The notes beneath the pieces are model-generated. The model saw only the letters and a program-made list of their open reading frames with translations, did not search any database and had not been told where the DNA came from. The position numbers and the translations under genes are program-made. From assembly GCA_027491415.1 (NCBI GenBank), contig JAOZFH010000054.1:1-33629 (forward strand): a DNA stretch of 33,629 nucleotides, written 5' to 3'. Position 1 is the stretch's first letter; each line of letters starts with the position of its first letter. Below are positions 17,111 through 24,930 of this stretch, in pieces. This DNA is from Thermoproteota archaeon (GTDB lineage Archaea; Korarchaeota; Korarchaeia; Korarchaeales; Korarchaeaceae).

Positions 17111-19347
17111 GGGGAAAAGTACCTGGGTGCCTCGGCCGCGTCCTCCTCGTCGCGCTGGCGCTGATACTGCTCGCACATCCGATGTTCGCTGCGGCCGGAC
17201 TGGGCGCGGTTGAGGGGTCGAAGTCCCAGACCATCTATTACAAGCTCGACCCGCTAGGACGACTCTCCGAGGGATCCGTCGAGGTACTCATCAGACTGAG
17301 CTCACCCTCGGGGTCTGAGAGGGGGGACCTGGTCGACAGGGTTCCGATGGTCGACCCGGGGACCATCTCCCCGCTGCTGGGCACCCCCAGTCCGTCGGCG
17401 TTGGAGGACTTCTACGGACACCAGATCCTGATCTGGTCCGGCGTGGAGGTCGAGCCAGGTGACCTCGAGTTCAGGTACACCGCGCAGACCTCCGCCCCGC
17501 CGCCGCTGAGGGTCAACGCCACGATAGTTGTAAACGGGACGCCCGCCTCCGCGACGGAGCTCGAGGGCGGGTGGTACGTGGAGGTGAGCCCGGGGGACAG
17601 GGTCAACCTGACGTTCGAGATCGAGAACCTCAGGCCCACCGTCAGGACTGACCAAGGCTACGGGAGGCCGCCGCTGACGTACACCCTCCAGGTGAGCCTG
17701 CCGAAGTCCCACTTCGCAGAGCCGACTGGGGACCCAGCACCCTCGATAGTATTCCCCACCTCTGACGAGTGGATCCTCTCGTGGGTCGGGGTTCTGTGGG
17801 ACGAGCCTGAGAGGGTGGTCGTCTCAACTAGGCTCAGGGTGTCGGCCCCCCAGGGCTTCGTCGACCTGCCGGCCGTCACGGTCCAGGCAAACTACGACGC
17901 AGCTCCCGTCGTGGAGCAGCTCAGGTCTGCCGAGGAGAGCCTCGACGAGATCATAGAGTCCCTCGAGCAGATGAACCGCTCCATGGCTAAGCTGATTGAG
18001 GGCATGGAGGAACTCTCGTTCTGGCTGGGGGAGTCTAGGATGAGGCTGGCCGAGGCGGAGAGGGGGCTCTACCAGCTAGCGGATGCCCTCGAGCGTGCGA
18101 GCGAACTCAGCGGAGAGGCCGCCGAGAGGGCGAACGCGGCGGCAGATCAAATCGACTCGGCCCTAGAGGACGCCGGAACCGCGCTTGCCGTGATTAGGGA
18201 TCTGAAGGAGAGGGTGAAGGAGTTCCAGCAGTCGTACGAGAACCTCACCTCTGCCCTCGAGGAGCTGCTAGAGGAACTCAACGTAACGCTACCCGGCCCA
18301 CCGCCTCAGGCGGGCATAATAGGAGCCGTGGAGGCGGCGGAGTCGCAGGTTGAGGCCGTCCTCAGGAAGGGAGACCAGGTAGCCAGCTCCATGCGGACGC
18401 TCGCCTGGGCCATGGAGAACGCCACGGCTTCCCTATCGGGGGCGGCCGAGATGGCCAGATCCTCGGCGAAGGATGTAGAGGCCCTCTCGCAGGCTCTCAG
18501 CTTCGCCCAATCCTCGGTGGACAGGGGAGTGGAGTCGGCCCGGGAGGGGCTTGAGGACCTGGAGGCCAGGTTGAGTGAAGCCAAGAGCCAGAGAGACGAC
18601 ATTCGTCTGAAGATATCGCTGGCCGAGTCGCCCTGGTTGAGCGGTGGCCTGGCCGAGTTTGCCGCCCACGCCTCCACCGTCGAGGCAGACACGATCTCGA
18701 CTGAGGAGGAGGGAAAGTGGGTTACATGGGCCGTATCGATGCATCAAGCGTCTGGCACGGCGGCAGGCCTGGCGATCCACTTCGAGTGTGGGGATCCGGT
18801 CTCGGTGAGCCTGCTAGGGCCGGACGGGTGGGTAGAGGGGAGGTGGGAGGATCTGCTCCCCTACGGGGTGATCTTCTCTGAGGAGGACTGCGTTCTGTAC
18901 ATACCCGGTCCAATGAACCTCTCCAACTCGTCACCCACAAACCTCTCCGTGCTGGGCATGCCCATTAGGCTGATCTCGACCAGGCCTCCGGCGTCGGCTG
19001 AGGCTGATCTCGTGTCTGGCTTAGCCATTGAAGCCGAGCAGAGGGTGGTCTTGAAGATGAGCCTCCCGACGCTGGCCGTGGGCATACCTCTGGCAACTAA
19101 GGAGAAGGGTGCGCCTGAGACCCTGCCCCCGCCCATTCAGGAGAAGTCCAAGGTGCCGAGCTGGCCCTTTGCCCTCGGCGCAGCCGCGGTCGCAGGGGCG
19201 GTGATGGTCGTCAGGCTCACGCAGCAGAAGGCGGAGGAGCGCAGGATCCTGCTTGCCAGAGTCCGAGAGATGGTCGCCCAGCTTGATGAGCTGGAGGAGG
19301 ACATAATAGACCGGCTGAGGGAACTCGGGGTCGACGAAGGAGATTAA
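17107..19347 (+). CDS. Large secreted, C-terminally anchored coiled-coil protein (YhgE/Pip-like architecture)
   Basis: Signal peptide; beta-rich N-domain; about 235-aa heptad region split by NVTLPGPPPQAG; second beta domain; Pro-rich linker; TM (WPFALGAAAVAGAVMVV); charged helical tail; ATGA overlap with the ATPase. Confidence 0.75.
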   Translation: MRGKVPGCLGRVLLVALALILLAHPMFAAAGLGAVEGSKSQTIYYKLDPLGRLSEGSVEVLIRLSSPSGSERGDLVDRVPMVDPGTISPLLGTPSPSALEDFYGHQILIWSGVEVEPGDLEFRYTAQTSAPPPLRVNATIVVNGTPASATELEGGWYVEVSPGDRVNLTFEIENLRPTVRTDQGYGRPPLTYTLQVSLPKSHFAEPTGDPAPSIVFPTSDEWILSWVGVLWDEPERVVVSTRLRVSAPQGFVDLPAVTVQANYDAAPVVEQLRSAEESLDEIIESLEQMNRSMAKLIEGMEELSFWLGESRMRLAEAERGLYQLADALERASELSGEAAERANAAADQIDSALEDAGTALAVIRDLKERVKEFQQSYENLTSALEELLEELNVTLPGPPPQAGIIGAVEAAESQVEAVLRKGDQVASSMRTLAWAMENATASLSGAAEMARSSAKDVEALSQALSFAQSSVDRGVESAREGLEDLEARLSEAKSQRDDIRLKISLAESPWLSGGLAEFAAHASTVEADTISTEEEGKWVTWAVSMHQASGTAAGLAIHFECGDPVSVSLLGPDGWVEGRWEDLLPYGVIFSEEDCVLYIPGPMNLSNSSPTNLSVLGMPIRLISTRPPASAEADLVSGLAIEAEQRVVLKMSLPTLAVGIPLATKEKGAPETLPPPIQEKSKVPSWPFALGAAAVAGAVMVVRLTQQKAEERRILLARVREMVAQLDELEEDIIDRLRELGVDEGD

Positions 19348-19372
19348 CGCGGAAGTATCCGTTAATTCTTTT
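19343..19372 (+). terminator. Possible hairpin + T-tract at the end of the ABC/coiled-coil operon (may double as next promoter)
   Basis: ATTAAC-GC-GGA-AGTA-TCC-GTTAAT followed by TCTTTT. Confidence 0.35.
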
Positions 19373-19413
19373 AGCAACTGTGGCCAGCTGGCCCCACGGG
19401 CCCCGGTGGGAGA

Positions 19414-19767
19414 TTGGAAGCCATCGAGCAGGCGAGGCGCAGGGCGGTGGAGCAGCTCCTCGCTTTCGGCTTTGCTACCAGTGGATGGGCCACCTTCGAG
19501 GTTCTCTCGAGCCTCTTGGCCAGGAGGTTGAAGGGAGACTGGCGGGAGTACTTCTACAGAAATCCAAAGAAGTTCCTGAAGGCGCTGGTTGAGTCCCTCG
19601 GCGGTGAGACCGTGGCCTACATGGTTCTGAGGATAGCCACCAAGAGGCTGAGAGAGCTGGGGGTGCAGGTGAGCGGGTCTGAGATCTACGAGGCCCTTAA
19701 GAGGGGAGACTCGGCCCGCCTCATCAAACTGGTGGATCAGCTCGCCGTCGCGCTCTCCCTCGTGTGA
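19414..19767 (+). CDS. Small helical protein, DUF3227/NitrOD5-like
   Basis: G..TFEVLSSLL..RL..DW.EYFYRNPKKFLKALVESLGGE.VA..VLR pattern typical of this archaeal family. Confidence 0.6.
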   Translation: MEAIEQARRRAVEQLLAFGFATSGWATFEVLSSLLARRLKGDWREYFYRNPKKFLKALVESLGGETVAYMVLRIATKRLRELGVQVSGSEIYEALKRGDSARLIKLVDQLAVALSLV

Positions 19768-19778
19768 GAGGGGGAAGC

Positions 19779-20444
19779 TCACGCAACGAGCATGTCTATC
19801 TTGACCAGCTCCTCGCCCCTCGACGGCTCAAGCGTCACTATTATCTGCGGCTTGGTCCCCTTGAAGTACCTCCTAAGGAACTTCTCGAATGCCGATCCGA
19901 GCTCCGGATCGCTGGCCCTGACCGTGACGCTCACCACCTCGTTCTTAAGGATCTTCATCTGTGAGAAGAAGTCGTCCAGCGTGTTCTTAAGGTCTGTCAG
20001 CTTCTCCATAATGGTCTCTCCGGTGGGCGTGAGGCCCTCCAAAATTAGGATCCCGCCCTCCGACCTCACCTCGGCGCCCTTCTCCACCCTCAGCATCTCC
20101 AGGAACACCCTCTCCTGGACCAGCCTCCTGCGCCTCTCCTCGATCCTCTTCTCAATCTCCCTCTCCCCCATCATCCCGCCTATCTTGGACATGATCGGGT
20201 AAATGGCGACGCTGGCGATCCCCCAGGCGGCGAAGCTCTTCCAGAGGAGGCCCTTCACCTGATCAAAGCTGGGGAGAGTCTCAGGCCTGTTGACCCAGCC
20301 CATCATAACGTATAGGAGGTAGGCGAACCATATCCCGGTCGTCAGCGCCATACCCATCTGAACGAGGAGCGTGCGGTACTTCTCTTTCGTTCTCTCCAGG
20401 AGTTCGACCCTATCCAGCGCGCCCCCGAAGGTGTCGTACGACAT
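19779..20444 (-). CDS. Hypothetical membrane protein (2 TM, coiled coil, small alpha/beta C-domain)
   Basis: 221-aa ORF with host-like codon use, two hydrophobic segments and EKRIEERRRRL. Confidence 0.7.
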   Translation of the reverse strand: MSYDTFGGALDRVELLERTKEKYRTLLVQMGMALTTGIWFAYLLYVMMGWVNRPETLPSFDQVKGLLWKSFAAWGIASVAIYPIMSKIGGMMGEREIEKRIEERRRRLVQERVFLEMLRVEKGAEVRSEGGILILEGLTPTGETIMEKLTDLKNTLDDFFSQMKILKNEVVSVTVRASDPELGSAFEKFLRRYFKGTKPQIIVTLEPSRGEELVKIDMLVA

Positions 20445-20497
20445 ACCTGGAGCGCGGCCCAGTCGGCAGTTAAAACCTTCCCGGGGGAGGTGCCCAG

Positions 20498-21742
20498 ATG
20501 CCCTCCCTGAAGCTCCTGGCGGTTGCCTCCCCCATGGATCCCGGACTGGCCGCCTCTATCCAGGGGGCGACCTTCTCTCTCACCTCATCGGCCGAGTCCG
20601 CTGGCGTTCAAGTCGAGTTCCTGGGGCTGGAGAGGGACGCCGATCGCGTTCCCACGGGCGGGCGTGGGGACCTGGCCATCGCCGTCATGACCGGGGGGAC
20701 CGAGGCCATGATCCTCAGGGTGGCCCGCTCGTGGGAGGGGGGCGTCGCCCTCCTGGCAACCCCCAACTCCAACTCCCTCGCGGCGTCCGTGGAGGCCGCC
20801 GCGGCGCTCAGGTCAGAGGGCCTCTTCGTGGGGGTCGTGAGGGCTGGCTCCTGGGCGAGCTTCAGGTGGAATGAGGTCCTCAGGGCGGTCAGGATGTCTG
20901 AGGCCGTTCGAGTGCTCTCAAGGGCCAAGTTCGGCCTCATCGGGGAGCCCTCGGACTGGCTGGTCGCGAGCCCCCCGACGCTGGGCCCTCTGGAGCGACT
21001 CGGGGCCAGCCTGGAGAGGATCGATATGGATCGGCTCGTCGAGGCATACAAGAGGTATGAACCGGATCCGAAGGAGGTCGAGGAGATCATCTCACGAGCG
21101 AGGGAGTCTCACGTCCCGAGGGAGGAGGTGGAGAAAGCCCTCAGGATGAAGCGGGCTCTGGAAGAGGTGATAGAGTCCGGCGGATACCTCGGAGTCACGG
21201 TCAGGTGCTTCGACCTAATCGGAATGGGGGTGACCGCGTGCCTCGGGGCCGCGGCCCTGAACGACGCACGCAGGATCGTGGGGTGCGAGGGGGACGTTCC
21301 CTCCATGATATCCATGGCTGCCCTGGCGGCCGTCTCCGGCAGGCCAGCCTGGATGGCGAACACCACCGACGTCGGCCGCGGCTCGCTCCTCCTCTCGCAC
21401 TGCACGTTCCCCCTGAGGCTGGCTGAGGCATACTCCCTGAAGACGCACTTCGAATCCGGCCTGAGCGTTGGCGTAGACGCCGAGCTGTCAACCGGAGAGA
21501 GGGTCACCGTCCTCAGGGTGGACCCGAGGGGTGCCAGGGCCGTCGTGGGCGCTGGGTCCGTGATGGAGTCCTCCATGGGGAGGGAGACCATGTGCAGGAC
21601 CCAGGTCCTCCTCTCGCTGCCGGGTGCGGAGCGGCTGATAAGGGCCCCCATGGGCAATCACGTGGCCATGACCAGGGGGGACTTCGCGGACGAGGTGAGC
21701 GACGTGCTCGGGTTCCTGGGGTTCACCGTCTCACACCTGTGA
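20498..21742 (+). CDS. L-fucose/L-arabinose isomerase-like protein
   Basis: MTGGTE, NSLAASVE, GEPSDWL, TVRCFDL, GCEGDVPS, SHCT, THFESG, CRTQV, GNHV. Confidence 0.85.
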   Translation: MPSLKLLAVASPMDPGLAASIQGATFSLTSSAESAGVQVEFLGLERDADRVPTGGRGDLAIAVMTGGTEAMILRVARSWEGGVALLATPNSNSLAASVEAAAALRSEGLFVGVVRAGSWASFRWNEVLRAVRMSEAVRVLSRAKFGLIGEPSDWLVASPPTLGPLERLGASLERIDMDRLVEAYKRYEPDPKEVEEIISRARESHVPREEVEKALRMKRALEEVIESGGYLGVTVRCFDLIGMGVTACLGAAALNDARRIVGCEGDVPSMISMAALAAVSGRPAWMANTTDVGRGSLLLSHCTFPLRLAEAYSLKTHFESGLSVGVDAELSTGERVTVLRVDPRGARAVVGAGSVMESSMGRETMCRTQVLLSLPGAERLIRAPMGNHVAMTRGDFADEVSDVLGFLGFTVSHL

Positions 21743-22186
21743 CTCCGACCTAGTCTCCGAAGGCTGCCTCTCGGCCTGTTGAGCAGTCTGGAACCTCTGC
21801 TCTCTCTCGCCCCGCAGCAGGCTCTGTATCTCCTCCTCCAGCCTCCTGGTGGCCCGGCTGAGTGCAAGCACCTCGACCGCAAGCCTCTCCTCCTCCTCTA
21901 TGAGGGTCTCCTCGGCGAGGTCGACGGTGAGCTTGACCAAGGCGCCCATCCCCCCGACGACGGCGAAGAGCGCCATGAAGGCGAACATCAGGGTGGGCCT
22001 CAGGAGCCACCTGGCCACCTCCTGAACGGATGGTGGACCCATGAGGGAGAACGGGATGAACGGCTCAAGAAGTTCGGCCAGCGGGTTGGCCAAGAGAAAC
22101 CCTACGAGCAAACCGAGGAGCGCCCAGCTGATTATCAAGAAGGCTATCCTGACGGCAGTCAGGTACGCTTTGTCCCAACCCACCAT
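21731..22186 (-). CDS. Hypothetical membrane protein (2 TM + C-terminal coiled coil)
   Basis: Two hydrophobic segments and EEEERL..RRLEEEIQSLL; TTATTAAA box at about 22212-22220 on the minus strand. Confidence 0.7.
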   Translation of the reverse strand: MVGWDKAYLTAVRIAFLIISWALLGLLVGFLLANPLAELLEPFIPFSLMGPPSVQEVARWLLRPTLMFAFMALFAVVGGMGALVKLTVDLAEETLIEEEERLAVEVLALSRATRRLEEEIQSLLRGEREQRFQTAQQAERQPSETRSESQV

Positions 22187-22267
22187 ATCAATTCTGACAT
22201 GCCTTCTCCAAATTTAATAAAGAGATTCTACGACGGGCCGTCCAGCGAGCCTCCGCCCCTTCGCTCC

Positions 22268-23158
22268 CTACAGGCTGAGCTTCCACCTGACTCCCCTCTC
22301 GTCGGCCACGGGGGTGGCGAGCCCTTGCTCCAACAGGTGGGCCACCATTGACCTGAGGGTCACACACGCCAGAATGACAGAGGAGGGCGTGATGGGAGTT
22401 CCCCCGAGCTTGAGCAGCCTCGCAGCCATTTCCTCGACGCCCATGGGCCTGCCGGAGGTCACCCTGACGGCCAACTTTGGGAGCTCCTCCAGGGCGCGGA
22501 TGTTGGCTTGAATGAGCTGAGAGACCCTCTTTCCCGAGACCACCGGTCCGTGAGAGGGCACGAGCTTCCTGAAGGTGTCGGCATTCCCCTCAAGCGACCT
22601 GAGCGTCTCGAGCGCCCCGGCGTAGTCCTGGTGGTAGGGCACCACCACCGACCTCAGCAGCCTCTCGCCGAACACGCAGTCCCCGGCGTAAAGCAGGTCC
22701 GAGGGGGCGAGGAGGCTCACGTGGCCGAAGGAGTGTCCCGGCGTGGGAATGGCCCGGAGTCCGGCCACCTCCGCCGGGGCCTCGAAGGACCCGTGGACCC
22801 TGATCGGGAGGGCCTCGAGTGAGTGTATGAAGTTCCTCGGAGGCCTCCCGCCGAACGTCATTGCGCCCCTGAGTTCCGGGCTCTCGGCCGCGCAGACCTC
22901 AAGCCTGGGAGCCAAGACCTTCGCCCCCACCGCTTCAACGAGGCCCTGGACCGCCGCGACGTGGTCAGAGTGTGAGTGCGTCAGGACGACGGTCACGTCC
23001 CCTCCGCCCAGGGCCGAGATGGCTGAGACGAGGTCCCTCGCCCTCTCAGCCGGGTAGCCCGGGTCAACCAGGGTCAGCCCCGAGTCGGTCGGGACAATGA
23101 GTGTGGCGGGCGACCCCGGCATCAGGAGCAGGCCGTTTCCCAGCTTTCTAAGCTCCAT
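22268..23158 (-). CDS. Metallo-beta-lactamase fold hydrolase with C-terminal winged-helix-like domain
   Basis: LVDPG, THSHSDH, TPGHSFGH, AGD, PSHG. Confidence 0.9.
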   Translation of the reverse strand: MELRKLGNGLLLMPGSPATLIVPTDSGLTLVDPGYPAERARDLVSAISALGGGDVTVVLTHSHSDHVAAVQGLVEAVGAKVLAPRLEVCAAESPELRGAMTFGGRPPRNFIHSLEALPIRVHGSFEAPAEVAGLRAIPTPGHSFGHVSLLAPSDLLYAGDCVFGERLLRSVVVPYHQDYAGALETLRSLEGNADTFRKLVPSHGPVVSGKRVSQLIQANIRALEELPKLAVRVTSGRPMGVEEMAARLLKLGGTPITPSSVILACVTLRSMVAHLLEQGLATPVADERGVRWKLSL

Positions 23159-23159
23159 C

Positions 23160-23762
23160 CTAGGGCCTATCCTGGCTAGCCTTTACCCTTATTCCCTCTT
23201 CAGCACACCTCGGGAGTGCTATCCCTCCCGGCCCGCCGACGACCTCCGCCCTGCCCATGAGTAGGAGGGCTCCGGTGAGGGCCGCCAGAGCCGCGTCAAC
23301 CTCGTGTATCGAGCTCACTCGGCCCGGCGAATGCCTGACTGAGATTCCAACCTTCTTCAGCGCTTCTAAGACCCCGGCCGCGGTCCTGGGTACCCCGAGC
23401 ACCTTGGCCGTCGATCCGGGGTGGACCTCCACTACCCTCACGCCGAGCGCTCTCAGGCCCGAGGCGAGCCTCATCCCCCTCTCCGTCAGCGACCTCATGG
23501 GGCCGAGCATGGGCGGCAGGACCCTCAGCCCCCTCCTGATGAGCTCTCTGTCTGAATCCCTGAGCCACCCCGAGCTCGGCTTGCTGAGGGGCGCGTCTAT
23601 CGCCACGAGGTCCGGGTCGCTCGAGGCGACGAAGCCGAAGACCTCCTCGTCGGTGAGGAGGGTGAGGCAGGCGAGGGAGTCCGGTGTGAGAACGGCCACG
23701 CCCGTCGGCCTCGTCTCCTTTCCGGCCAGGTCGAGGCCCACGACCTTCCAGGATTCGGCCAC
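23160..23762 (-). CDS. DUF429 / COG2410 predicted nuclease (RNase H fold)
   Basis: VVGLDLAG, VAIDAPLS, RDSDREL, MRSLTERG, VEVHPGS, HEVDAALAA. Start set at GTG 23762 because the track's longer N-terminus is antisense to nurA. Confidence 0.85.
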   Translation of the reverse strand: MAESWKVVGLDLAGKETRPTGVAVLTPDSLACLTLLTDEEVFGFVASSDPDLVAIDAPLSKPSSGWLRDSDRELIRRGLRVLPPMLGPMRSLTERGMRLASGLRALGVRVVEVHPGSTAKVLGVPRTAAGVLEALKKVGISVRHSPGRVSSIHEVDAALAALTGALLLMGRAEVVGGPGGIALPRCAEEGIRVKASQDRP

Positions 23763-23785
23763 CGAACCCCCGCGGAGGTCTAAGC

Positions 23786-23792
23786 TAAATAA
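23786..23792. promoter_or_regulatory. Single central AT-rich box (TAAATAA/TTATTTA) between divergent DUF429 and nurA starts
   Basis: Only AT-rich element in a 52-bp spacer, about 23-24 nt from each start. Confidence 0.5.
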
Positions 23793-23814
23793 TCGCGGCC
23801 GCCCCGACTGGGCG

Positions 23815-24930
23815 ATGGGGCTCGATATCGAGGAGCCTCTCCCGTCTACCCGGGCGATAGTGGCACTGAGAGACGCCCTGCTCGGGTACCTGGAATCCCT
23901 GGCGGACAGCATAGACCGGAGGGTCGTCTCGGCGGAGACCGCCGGGGCGCGCGCCCTCCTGGGTGATCCGGTCGCCTCCAAGGTGCCAGGGGACCTGTCT
24001 GTGCCGGCCGCGGCCGCGGACGGGGGAAGCGCAGTCTACAGCCTCAGCTCCGCCAGCCTCGGCGTGTGCGTCGCCCTGTCAGTCCAGCTGAGGGTGGGGG
24101 ATCGCGTCAGGCGAGGCCGCGCCCTCACAGCCGTCGTCCCTCGGGACCCGGCCCTGGCCGTGGGGATGAGCCCCCAAGAGGTGGAGGCGGTCCTCTCCCC
24201 GCTCAGGGAGGCCCTAGTGGCTAGGGCGGCCGAGGCAGCCGTCAGGGGCGAACTCGGTGAGAGGCCGGATATCGTGATCCTGGACGGCCCGCTCATCCCG
24301 CCGGAGTCCGTGGGGCTGGCCGCAAGGGTCGGTGGAGATCTGAAGCTGGCAAGGGAGGCGGTGGAGGCGTACCTCGACGCCCACTCGTCCCTCCTCAGGG
24401 CGGCGATGGGGATGGAGGTCACCCTCATCGGATTCGTGAAGAGGCCCCGCTCCCACTACCTCAGCCTGATATCGGGGGGCGGAGGCGCGACGCTGAGCGA
24501 CAGCGCCATAGCCTCCGCCGTGCTGACCGAGGTTGGCCAGCTGGCCCCTTACAAGCCGATAGAGCTCTGGGAAGCAGAGTTGGATTCGATCATAGGGTAC
24601 CCTGAGATTCGGGCGGCCCTGGAACCGGGCTCCGTGTCCTTCGCATTCGTCAGGACCACGAAGAGGAGGCCTCCCTTCAGGGTGGACTTCGGGAACCTGG
24701 CCGAGCCGCTGTCGGATCCCAGGGTGGTGGCGGGCTACCTCGTTGCCACCGCTGACTCGGAGGGCATACCCCTGCCGGTAGTGAAGGCCGACGAGTCGGT
24801 GAAGGTCAGCAGGCGGGTCGCCAGGGACGTGTACCTCGAGTCGCTGAGGAGGCTGATAGCCAGGGCCGCGAGGTCTGGGGCCTCGACTCGGAGGGTTATT
24901 CAGCTCCTCACGCCCATGTACGGTGAGTGA
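23815..24930 (+). CDS. nurA: NurA-domain nuclease (paralog)
   Basis: AADGGS, VILDGPL, IGFVKR, SD, PFRVD, GIPLPVVKADESVKV; immediately upstream of HerA. Start set at ATG 23815. Confidence 0.8.
   Translation: MGLDIEEPLPSTRAIVALRDALLGYLESLADSIDRRVVSAETAGARALLGDPVASKVPGDLSVPAAAADGGSAVYSLSSASLGVCVALSVQLRVGDRVRRGRALTAVVPRDPALAVGMSPQEVEAVLSPLREALVARAAEAAVRGELGERPDIVILDGPLIPPESVGLAARVGGDLKLAREAVEAYLDAHSSLLRAAMGMEVTLIGFVKRPRSHYLSLISGGGGATLSDSAIASAVLTEVGQLAPYKPIELWEAELDSIIGYPEIRAALEPGSVSFAFVRTTKRRPPFRVDFGNLAEPLSDPRVVAGYLVATADSEGIPLPVVKADESVKVSRRVARDVYLESLRRLIARAARSGASTRRVIQLLTPMYGE

Noticed and set aside
17900-18620. Coiled-coil hairpin as a methyl-accepting chemotaxis signalling domain
   Set aside because: It lacks the conserved LLALNAAIEAARAGE hairpin tip, is predicted extracellular, and has no che genes nearby.
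23257-23981. 557-aa NurA with long N-terminal extension and 273-aa DUF429 with N-terminal extension
   Set aside because: Each extension is the antisense of the other gene. Starts at 23815 and 23762 flank a central TATA-like box.
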